Below, piece by piece: positions 1-14,100 of a stretch of 64,000 bases of DNA. Source of the DNA: Macrostomum lignano (lineage: Eukaryota); the NCBI GenBank assembly GCA_002269645.1, contig NIVC01000586.1:186001-250000 (forward strand), read 5' to 3'. The notes under the pieces are model-generated. The model had not been told where the DNA came from and did no database searches. It saw nothing but the letters and a program-made list of their open reading frames with translations. Within the stretch, counting starts at the first letter, position 1. Each line of letters opens with the position of its first letter. The position numbers and the translations under genes are program-made.

Positions 1-150
1 CTCAGGTAACTTCCGCTACCCTCAGGTAACTTCTGCTAACCCCATTAAGTTTCAACTAACCTCAAGTACCTTCCGCTAAACTCAGCCAACGCCCAACAGT
101 TAAGAAATATCGCTAAATCCGCAGATAACGGTCACACTTGAAGAACTCAC

Positions 151-520
151 ATTTGCAGCACCTCCAGCAGCCGAATCACCAGCTGCAGCCCGCTGTCCAG
201 CTGATCAGCGCTGGCATCGGAGCAGCTGGCCATGCGGAACAGCAGCCGAGCCTGCCGCTTATCCGATGCCGGCATGTCCAAGTAGGCGTTGCCCTGGCTT
301 GAAATGCTTCTGCGCCTGCAGTTCCAAGTTTATGATAATGATGATAGTGGTGGTGGTAATGGTGACGATGATGATGATGATGTCGATGATAATGGCTATG
401 ATGGCGATGATGATGGTGGTGGTGGTGATGATTATGGTGATAATGATGGCGATGATGATGATGGTGATGATTGTGGTGATTATGATGATGATAATGGTGG
501 TGATGAAGATGGTGAGAATT

Positions 521-555
<35 letters not shown>

Positions 556-3500
556 AATAATGGTGGTGATGAAGATGGTGAGAATTATGGTGATGAAGAT
601 GATGATGATGATGATGATGATAATGGTGGTGATGAAGATGGTGAGAATTATGGTGATGATGATGATGATGGTGGTGGTGGTGATGGTGAGAATTATGGTG
701 ATGATGGCGATGATGGTGGTGGTGGTGATGGTGAGTCTTTCCTAGAAACTGACCCCTCAATTCAGCCACTCACTTGGCAGATAGATTCTGTATAGAAGCC
801 CGAGTTGGCACCAGGCCAAACAGGTTGGCCAGAGCGTCCAGATACACGACAGTCTCCACGCTGTAGCCGCACGCCAACGCCAGTACGTCGGGATCTTCTG
901 TCAACGGAGTCGAACCTAAACCCTCGGTTAGGTAGGCCAGCTTCATTGCCGGGCTCAGGGTGTTGAATACGGCCGGAGTGACCTGGAATAAAATTGAGGT
1001 CAATGACCCCATAAAATCAGGATAAAGACCCCATGAAATTAGGACAAAGACCCCATGAAATTAGGACAAAGACCCCATGAAATCAGGACAAAGACCCCAT
1101 GAAATCAGGATAAAGACCCCATGAAATTAGGACAAAGACCCCATGAAATCAGGACAAAGACCCCATGAAATCAGGACAGACACCCCATGAAATCAGGACA
1201 GATACCCCATAAAATCAGGACAAAGACCCCATGAAATCAGGACAAACACCCCATGAAATCAGGATAAAGACCCATGAAATCAGGACAAAGACCCCATGAA
1301 ATCAGGATAAAGACCCATGAAATCAGGACAAAGACCCCATGAAATCAGGATAGACCCCATAAAATCAGGACAAAGACCCCATGAAATCAGGACAAACACC
1401 CCATGAAATCAGGATAAAGACCCATGAAATCAGGACAAACACCCCATGAAATCAGGATAAAGACCCATGAAATCAGGACAAACACCCCATGAAATCAGGA
1501 CAAACACCCCATGAAATTAGGACAAACACCCCATGAAATCAGGACAAACACCCCATGAAATCAGGACAACGACCCTAATCAGTATAGATATCTTACTAAG
1601 AAAAATGGTATTAATCAACCAACTGAAAACAAAGACCGCATTAGCAATGTTAACAAACCAACCTTCATGGCAACGGCCCGAGCAAGGCTAGGGTCTGGCA
1701 GGCGGATCATTCTTAACAGCAGGCCAAGGCCGCCGGCCTCGGAATCTCTGCCGCCGTCGTCGTCGCCGCCGCCAGGCTGCTCGGCGACCAGCGCCGCCAG
1801 CCGCAGCTCCGGCAGGAAGTGCAGCTGGCCCAGCAGGCAGCGCCGTTGAATTGGCGTCAGCGCGGAGCAGCCGGCCAGACCGCCGGCCAGCTCGGCCATG
1901 GACAGCCAAACCAGCCGGCAGCAGGCCGGGCCGAGCTGCTGCCGCATCACCCACTGCCTGTCGTGCTGGATCGCCCGGGCGTCGTTGAGCAGCGCCTCGA
2001 CGGTGTCCCACATCTGAGCGTCCTCCTCGGACTCGTCGGTGGGGCCGGCCGAGCAGCCGTCGGGCCTGGCGAGCGACAGCAGGCGGCGCAGTGAGCCGAG
2101 GGAGTCGCGGCGGACCGACTGGGCTGGCGAGGCCAGCAGGCGGATGAGCGAGCCAATCACCAGGATGGGGGAGCTCGGAGCCGGCTCTGGGGCCACCTGC
2201 GGCATTTCGAGGGTGGGGAAATTCATCTCTATACAGCGATTATCGATAAACAATAACTAATTAGCTGTTATTTATTATGAATAATTGACTGACTGATATC
2301 GATTATCGATATTTGACTGGGTGATATTGATTATCGATATTTGACCGACTGATATCGGCTATCGATATTTGATCGACTGATATCGGTTATCGATATTTGA
2401 CCGACTGATATCGGTTGTCGATATTTGACCGACTGATATCGGCTATCGATATTTGATCGACTGATATCGGCTATCGATATTTGATCGACTGATATCGGCT
2501 ATCAATATTTGACCTACTGATATCGGTTGTCGATATTTGACAGACTGATATCGGCTATCGATATTTGATCGACTGATATCGGTTATCGATATTTGATCGA
2601 CTGATATCGGCTATCGATATTTGACCGACTGATATCGGTTATCGATATTTGATCGACTGATATCGGTTATCGATATTTGACCGACTGATATCGGTTGTCG
2701 ATATTTGACCGACTTATATCGGCTATCGATATTTGATCGACTGATATCGGTTATCGATATTTGATCGACTGATATTGGTTATCGATATTTGACCGACAGA
2801 TATCGGTTGTCGATATTTGACTGACAGATATCACTTATCGATAATTGATCATCTATAGTTGTTGGTATAATTAGTCATTACTGAGAGATGCCTTGCCGGT
2901 CATGTTAAGTGAAATACCACGAGCTCAGCCTGTTTCTACAATTAGTTAAAAATGAAAAGTACATTAAATTTAAGCTTAACAACCACCTACCTGAGGTTTT
3001 TGTGACTGATTGGCGTCACTTGTCGCATTGCCTGTCTCATCCGGGGCGGTTTCGGCAGATTCAGCTGCAGCTGCTGGCACAGACTCCGCAGGCAGCCCAG
3101 GAGTCTGAAACAGCTTCATCACTGCATTCTCAGCAGCTAATCTTGCCGCCAATTTCTTCTCCTTAAGTTTGTCCTCTTTCCTGCTCTCAGGTGCTTCCGT
3201 TTGATCCCCTCCATTTTTCTCGTCCATCGAAGCGTCTATATCAACTGGTTTAGTTTCCATAGCAACGCCTGCGGCGTCCTTAGCAACAAGAGAGTGATTC
3301 TCATCGAAAACAATATCGACAGCTTCAGTGCTGCGCGACACAATGTCGGGAAATTCGTTGAGAACGTTGGACTTGCAGGCCGAGCAGAGCTCCAGAAATC
3401 GCTCGGTGAACTCATCTGGCACCTGGCATTTCTGGGTCCGGCACAGCGTCGCCACCAGCAGGCAAACCTCGGCGGGGTCCCGCTTGGCTGACGACTGTAG

Positions 3501-6500
3501 GCGTGAAGGATGTTGAATATTAGTGCACTTTACCTATATAGCTATAAGCTGTAAATTTGCGGCTATAAAAGTACAGATTTGAAACTTTATAAGAGCAATC
3601 ATTGTTATGCCTGGAAAATTTGTAAAGCCGATTGGCTGACTTTATTTGTGGACTCTATATAGAATGACTAGCTGACAAAGGGGATTGAACCTCTGTTACT
3701 AAGGGGATGGAATCTCTGTTACTAAGGGGATGGAATCTCTGTTACTAAGGGGATTGAACCTCTGTTACTAAGGGGATGGAATCTCTGTTACTAAGGGGAT
3801 GGAATCTCTGTTACTAAGGGGATGGAATCTCTGTTACTAAGGGGATGGAATCTCTGTTACTAAGGGGATGGAACCTCTGTTACTAAGGGGATGGAACCTC
3901 TGTTACTAAGGGGATGGAATCTCTGTTACTAAGGGGATGGAATCTCTGTTACTAAGGGGATGGAATCTCTGTTACTAAGGGGATGGAATCTCTGTTACTA
4001 AGGGGATGGAACCTCTGTTACTAAGGGGATGGAATCTCTGTTCCTAAGGGGATGGAATCTCTTGTTACTAAGGGGATGGAATCTCTGTTACTAAGGGGAT
4101 GGAATCTCTGTTACTAAGGGGATGGAATCTCTGTTACTAAGGGGATGGAATCTTTGTTACTAAGGGGATCGAATCTTTGTTACTAAGGGGATGGAATCTC
4201 TTGTTACTAAGGGGATGGAATCTTTGTTACTAAGGGGATAGAATCTCTTGTTACTAAGGGGATGGAATCTCTTGTTACTAAGGGGATGGAATCTCTGTTA
4301 CTAAGGGGATGGAATCTCTGTTACTAAGGGGATGGAATCTCTGTTACTAAGGGGATGGAATCTCTGTTACTAAGGGGATGGAATCTCTGTTACAAAGGGG
4401 ATGGAATCTCTGTTACTAAGGGGATGGAATCTCTGTTACTAAGGGGATGGAATCTCTGTTACAAAGGGGATGGAATCTCTGTTACTAAGGGGATGGAATC
4501 TCTGTTACTAAGGGGATGGAATCTCTGTTACTAAGGGGATGGAATCTCTGTTACAAAGGGGATGGAATCTCTGTTACTAAGGGGATGGAATCTCTGTTAC
4601 TAAGGGGATGGAATCTCTGTTACTAAGGGGATGGAATCTCTGTTACTAAGGGGATGGAATCTCTTGTTACTAAGGGGATGGAATCTCTGTTACAAAGGGG
4701 ATTGAACCTCTGTTACTAAGGAGATGGAATCTCTGTTACTAAGGGGATGGAATCTCTGTTACTAAGGGGATGGAATCTCTGTTACTAAGGGGATGGAATC
4801 TCTGTTACTAAGGGGATGGAATCTCTGTTACTAAGGGGATGGAATCTCTGTTACTAAGGGGATGGAATCTCTGTCACTAAGGGGATGGAATCTCTTGTTA
4901 CTAAGGGGATGGAATCTCTGTTACTAAGGGGATGGAATCTCTGTTACTAAGGGGATGGAATCTCTGTTACTAAGGGGATGGAATCTCTTGTTACTAAGGG
5001 GATGGAATCTCTGTTACTAAGGGGATGGAATCTCTGTTACTAAGGGGATGGAATCTCTGTTACTAAGGGGATGGAATCTCTTGTTACTAAGGGGATGGAA
5101 TCTCTGTTACTAAGGGGATGGAATCTCTGTTACTAAGGGGATGGAATCTCTGTCACTAAGGGGATGGAATCTCTTGTTACTAAGGGGATGGAATCTCTGT
5201 TACTAAGGGGATGGAATCTCTGTTACTAAGGGGATGGAATCTCTGATACTAAGGGGATGGAATCTCTGTTACTAAGGGGATGGAATCTCTGTTACTAAGG
5301 GGATGGAATCTCTTGTTACTAAGGGGATGGAATCTCTTGTTACTAAGGGGATGGAATCTGTCACTAAGGGGATGGAATCTCTTGTTACTAAGGGGATGGA
5401 ATCTCTGTTACTAAGGGGAAAGAATCTCTGTTACTAAGGGGAAAGAATCGCTGTTACTAAGGGGATGGAATCTCTGTTACTAAGGGGATCGAATCTCTGT
5501 TACTAAGGGGAAAGAATCTCTGTTACTAAGGGGGTCAAATTTTTGCTACCAAAAATTTAATAATTGAAACGTTTAATGAAACTCAGCAGATCAATACATT
5601 TCTATAGATAAATTGAAACCCAGACAAAGTTACAAGCAACCAAAGCCAAATAAAAAAGTACAACAAGCCAACCTTGAGCAGCCGCTTAATCCACATGTGC
5701 AGTACGGAGCCACTCAGGCGGTGCTTCACAGCCAGCAGCTGCACAATCTGGTAGGCGGAGTGGCGGTAGCAGGCAGCCGCAGACCGCATGCCCTTCAGCA
5801 GGTAGAAATTCAAGCAGTTCACGCATTTGCTGAGCCGAACCTCATCCAGCGGCTTCATCAGCAGCCCCAGAGTCACCTGGGCGAACAGGTTGACAAACAG
5901 GCGAAGTCGGGGCTCATCCTCGGCGCCAAAGGCTTTGAAAGCCCGCTGGACGAGCTGGCAGACAAAGGCCAGCAGCGACTCGTCCCTGCCGGTCATGCGG
6001 ACCAGCTCCGCCCGGCTCAGCGGCTGCCCCTGATTGGCCAGCGGCTTCAGCCAGTGCCAGCGGCGGTTCTGCGCTGTAAACTCGAACAGCTGCAGGAACC
6101 TGCGGGATTGGCGTGGTGCGTCACGTGACTGCTGGACTCACAGCAGTGGGTGCCCCCATGTGTCTTTGGGCTGGGATCCGGCTTCCACCTTGCCTTGCCT
6201 GTGCCTTGGGCTGGGGTCCAGCCTCCCCCCCACTGTGTATTTGGGCTGGGGTCCGTCTTCCACCACTGTGCCTTGGGCTGGGGTCCGGCCTCCCTCAATG
6301 TGTCTTTGGGCTGGGGTCCGGCCTCCCACAATGTGTCTTTGGGCTGGGGTCCGGCCTCCCACAATGTGTCTTTGGGCTGGGGTCCAGCCTCCCCCCCCCC
6401 CACTGTGTCTTTGGGCTGGGGTCCGGCCTCCCACAATGTGTCTTTGGGCTGGGGTCCGTCTTCCACCACTGTGCCTTGGGCTGGGGTCCGGCCTCCCACA

Positions 6501-9500
6501 ATGTGTCTTTGGGCTGGGGTCCGTCTTCCACCACTGTGCCTTGGGCTGGGGTCCGGCCTCCCACAATGTGTCTTTGGGCTGGGGTCCAGCCTCCCACAAT
6601 GTGTCTTTGGGCTGGGGTCCAGCACCCCCCCCCACTGTGTCTTTGGGCTGGGGTCCAGCCTCCGCCCACTGTGTCTTTGGGCTGGGGTCCAGCCCCCCCC
6701 CCCCACTGTGTCTTTGGGCTGGGGTCCAGCCTCCGCCCACTGTGTCTTTGGGCTGGGGTCCGTCTTCCACCACTGTGCCTTGGGCTGGGGTCCGGCCTCC
6801 CTCAATGTGTCTTTGGGCTGGGGTCCAGCCTCCCACAATGTGTCTTTGGGCTGGGGTCCGGCCTCCCTCAATGTGTCTTTGGGCTGGGGTCCGGCCTCCC
6901 TCAATGTGTCTTTGGGCTGGGGTCCGGCCTCCCTCAATGTGTCTTTGGGCTGGGGTCCGGCCTCCCTCAATGTGTCTTTGGGCTGGGGTCCAGCCTCCGC
7001 CCACTGTGTCTTTGGGCTGGGGTCCGGCCTCCCTCAATGTGTCTTTGGGCTGGGGTCCGTCTTCCACCACTGTGCCTTGGGCTGGGGTCCGGCCTCCCTC
7101 AATGTGTCTTTGGGCTGGGGTCCAGCCTCCGCCCACTGTGTCTTTGGGCTGGGGTCCGGCCTCCCTCAATGTGTCTTTGGGCTGGGGTCCGGCCTCCCTC
7201 AATGTGTCTTTGGGCTGGGGTCCGGCCTCCCTCAATGTGTCTTTGGGCTGGGGTCCGGCCTCCCTCAATGTGTCTTTGGGCTGGGGTCCGTCTTCCACCA
7301 CTGTGTCTTTGGGCTGGGGTCCGGCCTCCCTCAATGTGTCTTTGGGCTGGGGTCCGGCCTCCCTCAATGTGTCTTTGGGCTGGGGTCCGGCCTCCCTTAA
7401 TGTGTCTTTGGGCTGGGGTCCGGCCTCCCACAATGTGTCTTTGGGCTGGGGTCCGGCCTCCCACAATGTGTCTTTGGGCTGGGGTCCAGCCCCCCCCCCA
7501 CTGTGTCTTTGGGCTGGGGTCCGGCTTCCCCCCCACTGTGTCTTTGGGCTGGGGTCCGGCTTCCACCAGTGTGTCTTTGGGCTGGGGTCCGGCTCCCCCC
7601 CCCTGTTTTTTTGGGCTGGGGTCCGGCTCCCCCCCCCCCCTGTTTTTTTGGGCTGGGGTCCGGCTTCTCCCACTGCGTGTCGCAGACAGGGCCGCCCCAG
7701 TGTCCTCAGCCAAGCCCAGACAGCAGCAGCCTACTTGGGAAACAGGTTGGTGCTGTGATAAGGCAACACGGCCTGCAGCATGGCCTCCATGTTGTACTGA
7801 TGCGTTTGGAACCGATAAACCAGCCACTCCAGCGCATCCAGGGTGATGCCGAGCAGAAGATGCTGGGAAACGCGCAGATAAAAGTGCTCGATAATTTGAT
7901 CCAGAGCTGCCTTGCTGCTGGGGGTCTGCATTGACGGCTCGAAGTTCAGTCGCTCCTCGGAGAAGAAGCAGTCTTGAAACTCTTGCAAGCTCGGGTCCAC
8001 ATTCAGCAGGTGTTGAAATGCCTTCTGAGCTGGAATTCAATCAGGAATGAGAAGCAGAAGTTTTATCTGCATGAGCCATCTGGCATGACTTCCATCTGGC
8101 ATCATTTTTATCGAAAATGATTTTTCTATCTAGCACGATTTCTATTTGGAATGATGTCCATCTGGAATGATGTCCATCTGGAATGATGTCCATCTGAAAT
8201 GATGTCCATCTGGCATGATGTCCATCTGGAATGATGTCCATCTGGAATGATGTCCATCAGGCATGATTTCCATTTGGAATTATGTCTACCTGGAATGATG
8301 TCCATCAGGCATGATTTCCATTTGGAATTATGTCTACCTGGAATGATGTCCATCTGGCATGATTTCCATTTGGAATTATGTCTACCTGGAATGATGTCCA
8401 TCAGGCATGATTTCCATTTGGAATTATGTCTACCTGGAATGATGTCCATCTGGCATGATTTCCATTTGGAATTATGTCTACCTGGAATGATGTCCATCTG
8501 GCATGATTTCCATCTGGCATGATTTCCATCTGGAATGATGTCCATCTGAAATGATGTCCATCTGGCATGATGTCCATCTGGAATGATGTCCATCTGGAAT
8601 GATGTCCATCAGGCATGATTTCCATTTGGAATTATGTCTACCTGGAATGATGTCCATCAGGCATGATTTCCATTTGGAATTATGTCTACCTGGAATGATG
8701 TCCATCTGGCATGATTTCCATTTGGAATTATGTCTACCTGGAATGATGTCCATCTGGCATGATTTCCATTTGGAATTATGTCTACCTGGAATGATGTCCA
8801 TCTGGCATGATTTCCATTTGGAATTATGTCTACCTGGAATGATGTCCATCTGGCATGATTTCCATCTGGCATGATTTCCATTTGGAATGATTTCCATGTG
8901 GAATGATGTCCATCTGGAATGATTTCCATCTGGAATGTCCATCTGGAATGATTTCCATTTGTAATTATGTCCATCTGGCATGATTTCCATTTGTAATTAT
9001 GTCCATCTGGAATGATTTCCATGTGAAATGATGTCCATCTGGAATGATTTCCATTTGGAATTATGTCTACCTGGAATGATGTCCATCTGGCATGATTTCC
9101 ATTTGGAATTATGTCTACCTGGAATGATGTCCATCAGGCATGATTTCCATTTGGAATTATGTCTACCTGGAATGATGTCCATCTGGCATGATTTCCATTT
9201 GGAATTATGTCTACCTGGAATGATGTCCATCTGGCATGATTTCCATCTGGCATGATTTCCATTTGGAATTATGTCTACCTGGAATGATGTCCATCTGGCA
9301 TGATTTCCATCTGGCATGATTTCCATTTGGAATGATGTCCATCTGGCATGATTTCCATCTGGCATGATTTCCATTTGGAATGATTTCCATGTGGAATGAT
9401 GTCCATCTGGAATGATTTCCATCTGGAATGTCCATCTGGCATGATTTCCATTTGTAATTATGTCCATCTGGAATGATTTCCATGTGAAATGATGTCCATC

Positions 9501-9828
9501 TGGAATGATTTCCATCTGGAATGATGTCCATCTGGCATGATTTCGATCTGACATGATGCCGATTCGCCATAAATTCTACCACCCAGGTAACTCCTTCCAT
9601 ATTTCTTCCACTCAGATATCTGCCGGAATTTTTTTTCTGATACACTTGGATACCATCGCAACTCCGTACTCAAGCGCACCTACCTCTTTCCAGGTGGGCA
9701 GCGGCATCGATTTTATTTAATTCTGTTGCCGAATGAATCAGTGATTTGCGTCTCCTGTAGTCTGCGCTGGCTGTCTGGCCTTCGGGCAGGCGCAGCTTGT
9801 TGAGCTGCGTTGCCAGCAGGGAAGTCAT
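151..9828 (-). CDS. HEATR1: HEAT repeat-containing protein 1 / UTP10 (U3 snoRNP, BAP28 family); 5' part, continues beyond the left edge
   Basis: Exons 9684-9828, 7735-8029, 5673-6099, 2991-3494, 1663-2196 (acceptor could instead be at 2226), 774-982, 151-315. All are GT-AG and phase-consistent. Peptides MTSLLATQLNKLRLP, RLNFEPSMQT...LEWLVYRFQTHQYNMEAMLQAVLPYHST and RRWHWLKPL match the remembered UTP10/HEATR1 N-terminus (MTSLAQQL; LEWLIHRFHIHLYN...LPYHET). Confidence 0.9.
330..735. repeat. (GAT/GGT)n low-complexity intronic repeat
   Basis: Inside a HEATR1 intron; produces spurious poly-His, poly-Asp and poly-Met ORFs. Confidence 0.9.
1010..1572. repeat. ~22-bp minisatellite GACCCCATGAAATCAGGACAAA
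   Basis: Direct tandem copies in a HEATR1 intron. Confidence 0.95.
2295..2845. repeat. 28-bp minisatellite rich in ATCGAT/GATATC palindromes
   Basis: Tandem ATCGATATTTGA(C/T)CGACTGATATCGGTT. Confidence 0.95.
3680..5535. repeat. 23-bp minisatellite GGGGATGGAATCTCTGTTACTAA
   Basis: Long homogeneous tandem array. Confidence 0.97.
6158..7670. repeat. ~33-bp GC-rich minisatellite
   Basis: TGTGTCTTTGGGCTGGGGTCCGGCCTCCCTCAA tandem array; stop-free in several frames. Confidence 0.97.
8075..9555. repeat. 16-bp minisatellite with a 48-bp higher-order unit
   Basis: ATGATGTCCATCTGGA variants recurring as a three-unit block. Confidence 0.95.
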
Positions 9829-9939
9829 GCTGCTGCTGCTGCTTCTTTTAGAAGCAGGGTCATAAGAAAACAAAATAATTATTAGAACAGAAAAACGTAC
9901 GAGACCGTACTAAACTGATTTTTATAAAGTTATTAGACA

Positions 9940-9942
9940 GCC

Positions 9943-9986
<44 letters not shown>

Positions 9987-10060
9987 GGACAGACAGAGAG
10001 ACAAACAGACAGACAAACAGACAGACGGGCAGACAGACACACACAGGCAGACAGACGGAC
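9940..10060. repeat. (ACAG)n/(CTGT)n microsatellite; similar tracts at 11400-11690, 13560-14030, 52245-52620, 61535-62055
   Basis: Direct inspection. Confidence 0.95.
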
Positions 10061-10509
10061 ATCAAAGCCGCAAGAAATATCCAAGTAGAAAAGCAGGACT
10101 AGCTATTGACAGCAGAAAAACAACAACAGGAAATCAAGCAGCTGCAAAAATTCACACTCAGTGAGCGGTGTAGTGAACTTATCAAAAGACGCATTGTATT
10201 CAGCAAGTTCACAGCAATATATGCAATGTTCCTCCAGCATACATGTGCAGCGCACTGCTAGAACTAGAATCGAATCTGGGTCCGCAGGCACAAGTAGCAA
10301 ATAAAAAGCGCACTTAGAGTTAGATAATCCGATATATAAAATTATTAAATAGAATTAACCAAATTTCGGCAATAATGAAATCCTGAATTAGGCATTTTTG
10401 GTTTAGCGCAGAATTTGGGAAGCTAAATATCACAACTAATAGGAAGTACGAGTCAGAATTGGAAATATGCAACATAGTACACATCTGTAGCTACCAATAC
10501 TTTATCAAT

Positions 10510-10810
10510 TTTCAGCTACCGATATGTAGTGTAACACACTTCTCTAGCTACCGATATGTAGTTAAGCACAATTCACTGGCCTTAACTACATACACTTCTC
10601 TAGGCTACCGATATGTAGTGTAACACACTTTTCTAGCCACCGATATGTAGTGTGACACTTCTCTAGCTACCGACATTTAGCGTAACACACGTCTCTAGCT
10701 ACCGATATGTAGTGTAACATACTTCTCTAGCCACCGATATGTAGTGAAGCACAATTCTCTAGCCACCGATATGTAGTGTAACACATTTCTCTAGCTACCG
10801 ACATGCAGAG
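10510..10810. repeat. Degenerate ~32-bp tandem repeat (ctagctaccgatatgtagtgtaacacacttct)
   Basis: Direct inspection. Confidence 0.85.
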
Positions 10811-11143
10811 TGACAGACTTCTTTAACTACTGTTGGGCATCGTAAACAGTTTTTTCGATGCAAAGCAAGAATGCGGGACAAGATCCTATCGCAGATTTCA
10901 ACTAAAGGCAAAAGTGACAGAAAAAATGAAACCTGCAAAACATCGCAAAACTGAACACACGAAAAATAAATACCAGATACTTAAACACTCGAAACACGAA
11001 CTATACAGTCAGATGCACTGTAAGACATTGGCATCATTAAAACAAAAATATTTAGGCAGCATCTCTGTTATTATGTTCTCCTAGCAACGAAAGCCCAGAT
11101 GAGGACACGCGGGTTGGGTCGGCAGTTCGCAGAGCATCAATTG

Positions 11144-14100
11144 TCAGGTGAACATGGCCTGGTGGCACATCGGACAGTCCATGCTGACGGCGATCCAGCG
11201 GCGAATGCAGGCGGAGTGGAACACATGGCGGCAGGGCGTCACCCGGCAGTCCCGGTGCTGCAGGTCGCTGTAGCAGATGGCGCACACGTCGCCCATGGAC
11301 TGCAGCAGCTCCTCGCTGGCCGGGGACAAGCTGTGCAGCCGGGCCAGCGACAGCCACCGGTTTCGGAGCGCCTGCGGACACCGGAGAGGGCAGGGACAGC
11401 TGTCTGTCTGTCTGACTGTGTCTGTGTGTCTGTGCTTGTTTGTCTGTCTGTCTGCCTGTGTCTGTCTGACTGTGTCTCTTTGTTTGTCTGTCTGTCTGTC
11501 TGTCTGTGTCTGTGTGTCTGTCTATCTGTATCTGTCTGTGTGTCTGTACTTGTCCGTCTGTCTGTCTGACTGTGTCTCTTGGTTTGTCTGTCTGACTGTG
11601 TCTCTTGGTTTGTTTGTCTGTCTGTCTGTCTTAGTGCCTTCTGTCTATCTGTCTGTCGGTCTGTTAGTCTGTTTTCCTGTCTGTCAGCCTCTAAATAAAA
11701 AATGCGTGTTTTATTGCCTGTTGTCCATCTATGTTGGTGTGAATATGGCTCTGTCGGTGTCTTACATAATGCTGTTCAACACTATACTTCTAACGTTGAA
11801 TTTAAAAGCAGCTAAAACACTGTCAGCAATTCTAGAATTTCCGTCAGTAGAACATCCGTGTCCTCAGCTACCAGCCAAGCCTCACCTGCATTCTAAGTTG
11901 GCACCTAATACATTCTAAGTTGGCACCTAATGCATTCTAAGTTGGCACCTAATACATTCTAAGTTGGCACCTAATGCATTCTAAGTTGGCACCTAATGCA
12001 TTCTTATTTGGCACCTAATGCATTCTAAGTTGGCACCTAATACATTCTAAGTTGGCACCTAATGCATTCTAAGTTGGCACCTAATGCATTCTAAGTTGGC
12101 ACCTAATGCATTCTTATTTGGCCCCTAATGCATTCTAAGTTGGCACCTAATGCATTCTAAGTTGGCACCTAATGCATTCTAATTTAGCACCTAATGCATT
12201 CTAATTTGGCACCTAATATATTCTAATTTGGCACCTAAAGCATTCTAATTTGGTACCTAATGGGTTTTTATAATTTAGGACCTAATGCATTCTAATTTAG
12301 TACCTAATATATTCTTATTTGGTACCTAATGGGTTTTCTAATTTAGCACCTAATGCATACTAATTTAGCACCTAATGCATTCTAATTTGGCACCTAATAT
12401 ATTCTTATTTGGCACCTAATGCATTCTAATTTGGCACCTAATATATTCTTATTTGGCATCTAATGCTTTTTTATTTGGCACCTAATAATACATTCTAATT
12501 TGGCACTAATGCATTCTATTTTAGCACCTAATGCAATCTAAGTTAACACCCCACTATTTCAACCTCTTCCCCAAGCCTTCCAATTTGGCTCCTACTGATT
12601 AAAAGCATTCGGAAAGCACACAGAACAAGGCACGGACACAGACCTGCTGGCACATATTGTGCACAAAGTGCAACAGAGCGGACACCATCAGGCACAGATT
12701 GCGGTACAGCCGGCTCACTCTGTCGTCGGCCGGCAAGCCGGTGATGCCAGCCTGCAGAGCCAGCAGGAAGAACAGCATAGCCGACACGGTGCCATACTGC
12801 CACTCCTCGTAGTCGTGAAGGCTGATAAACTTGGCGAAGCAGAGCACAATGAGCTGCGACAGCCAGCTGATGACGGCCGTCATGCCCAGCAGGGACAGCA
12901 GGTTCTCCGAGCCGCGGCCCAGCGTGGCCGCCTGCAGGGCGCTAATCAAAGTCGGAGACTCGCCGCCGCCAGCCTCAGCGGGTAGCAACAGCATAGTAAC
13001 CAGGTAATAGGCGGCTTTCAATAGCCAGAATACGCGAAGCAGCAGAGGAACTCGCAGCCGGGCCCAGTGCTGCTCGATGACGCCCTGTTGGACAGACAAA
13101 ATTAAATGAAAAGCGTCAGAAACGATACAGACTCATGCTTGGGCGCAACCTTGGGATTCACTCGGCCGTTTCTTTTGGCAACACACACACATGTAAGTCG
13201 CTATTGGACGGAATAGTAGTCACGTGACTGCTCTCAGCCAATAGCGACTTACATGTGTGTGTTGCCAATAGAAACGGCCGAGTGATTCCCAAGGTTACGC
13301 ATGTATGTACAGACTACTTACTAATAAGTAGGTCTACGCAAAATATTCGATGCAAATATTGATTTTTATCTGCAATTAGCGAATTCACAATCAACCATGG
13401 CCATTCCACTAACCCGGATGCGAACATGGGCCTACGCTACACGGACAGTCGGACAAACAAATAACAACTCGACAGGTGCGAATATGAGTAATGGTCTCAA
13501 TCTCAATTATCGACTCGGGTCTCGGGATTTCGAGTTCCTCGTAGGAGACAGAAATACTACATAGACAGACAGAAGACAGACATCAAGTAATCAGACACGG
13601 GCATACAGACAGACAGATGGACAAACAGACTGACAGACAGACAGATGGACAAAGAGACTAACAGACAGCCAGATGGACAAAGACTGACAGACAGATGGAC
13701 AAACAGACTGACAGACAGCCAGATAGACAAACAGACTGACAGACAGCCAGATGGACAAACAGACTGACAGACAGCCAGATGGACAAGGAGACTGACAGAC
13801 AGATGGACAGAGACTGACAGACAGATAGACAAACAGATGGACAGAGACTGACAGACAGACAGGCAAACAGACTGACAGACAGACAGATGGACAAAGAGAC
13901 TGACATACAGATGGAAAAACAGACTGACAGACAGCCAGATGGACAAGGAGACTGACAGACAGATAGACAAACAGACAGACAGACAGAGACAGACATTAAG
14001 AAATTAAGACAGACAGACAGACAAATAAAGCTACACAAATCGACTCTTGCTAAACCTTTCCGAACCCAACAAACGCGGCACTGTAGCCGCTCAGCAACAA

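Noticed and set aside
176-795. Poly-His, poly-Asp and poly-Met ORFs
   Set aside because: They are translations of an intronic (GAT/GGT)n tract between two phase-consistent HEATR1 exons.
3680-5535. CRISPR-like appearance of this and other regular arrays
   Set aside because: The units are head-to-tail with no unique spacers, there are no cas genes, and the context is eukaryotic.
6034-9645. Long repetitive ORFs (up to 577 aa) in several frames
   Set aside because: Stop-free minisatellite units inside HEATR1 introns, open on both strands; no evidence of coding.
10103-10300. 65-aa Cys-containing ORF between the RING-ligase gene and HEATR1
   Set aside because: AT-rich, no recognisable domain or splice support; probably UTR or intergenic.
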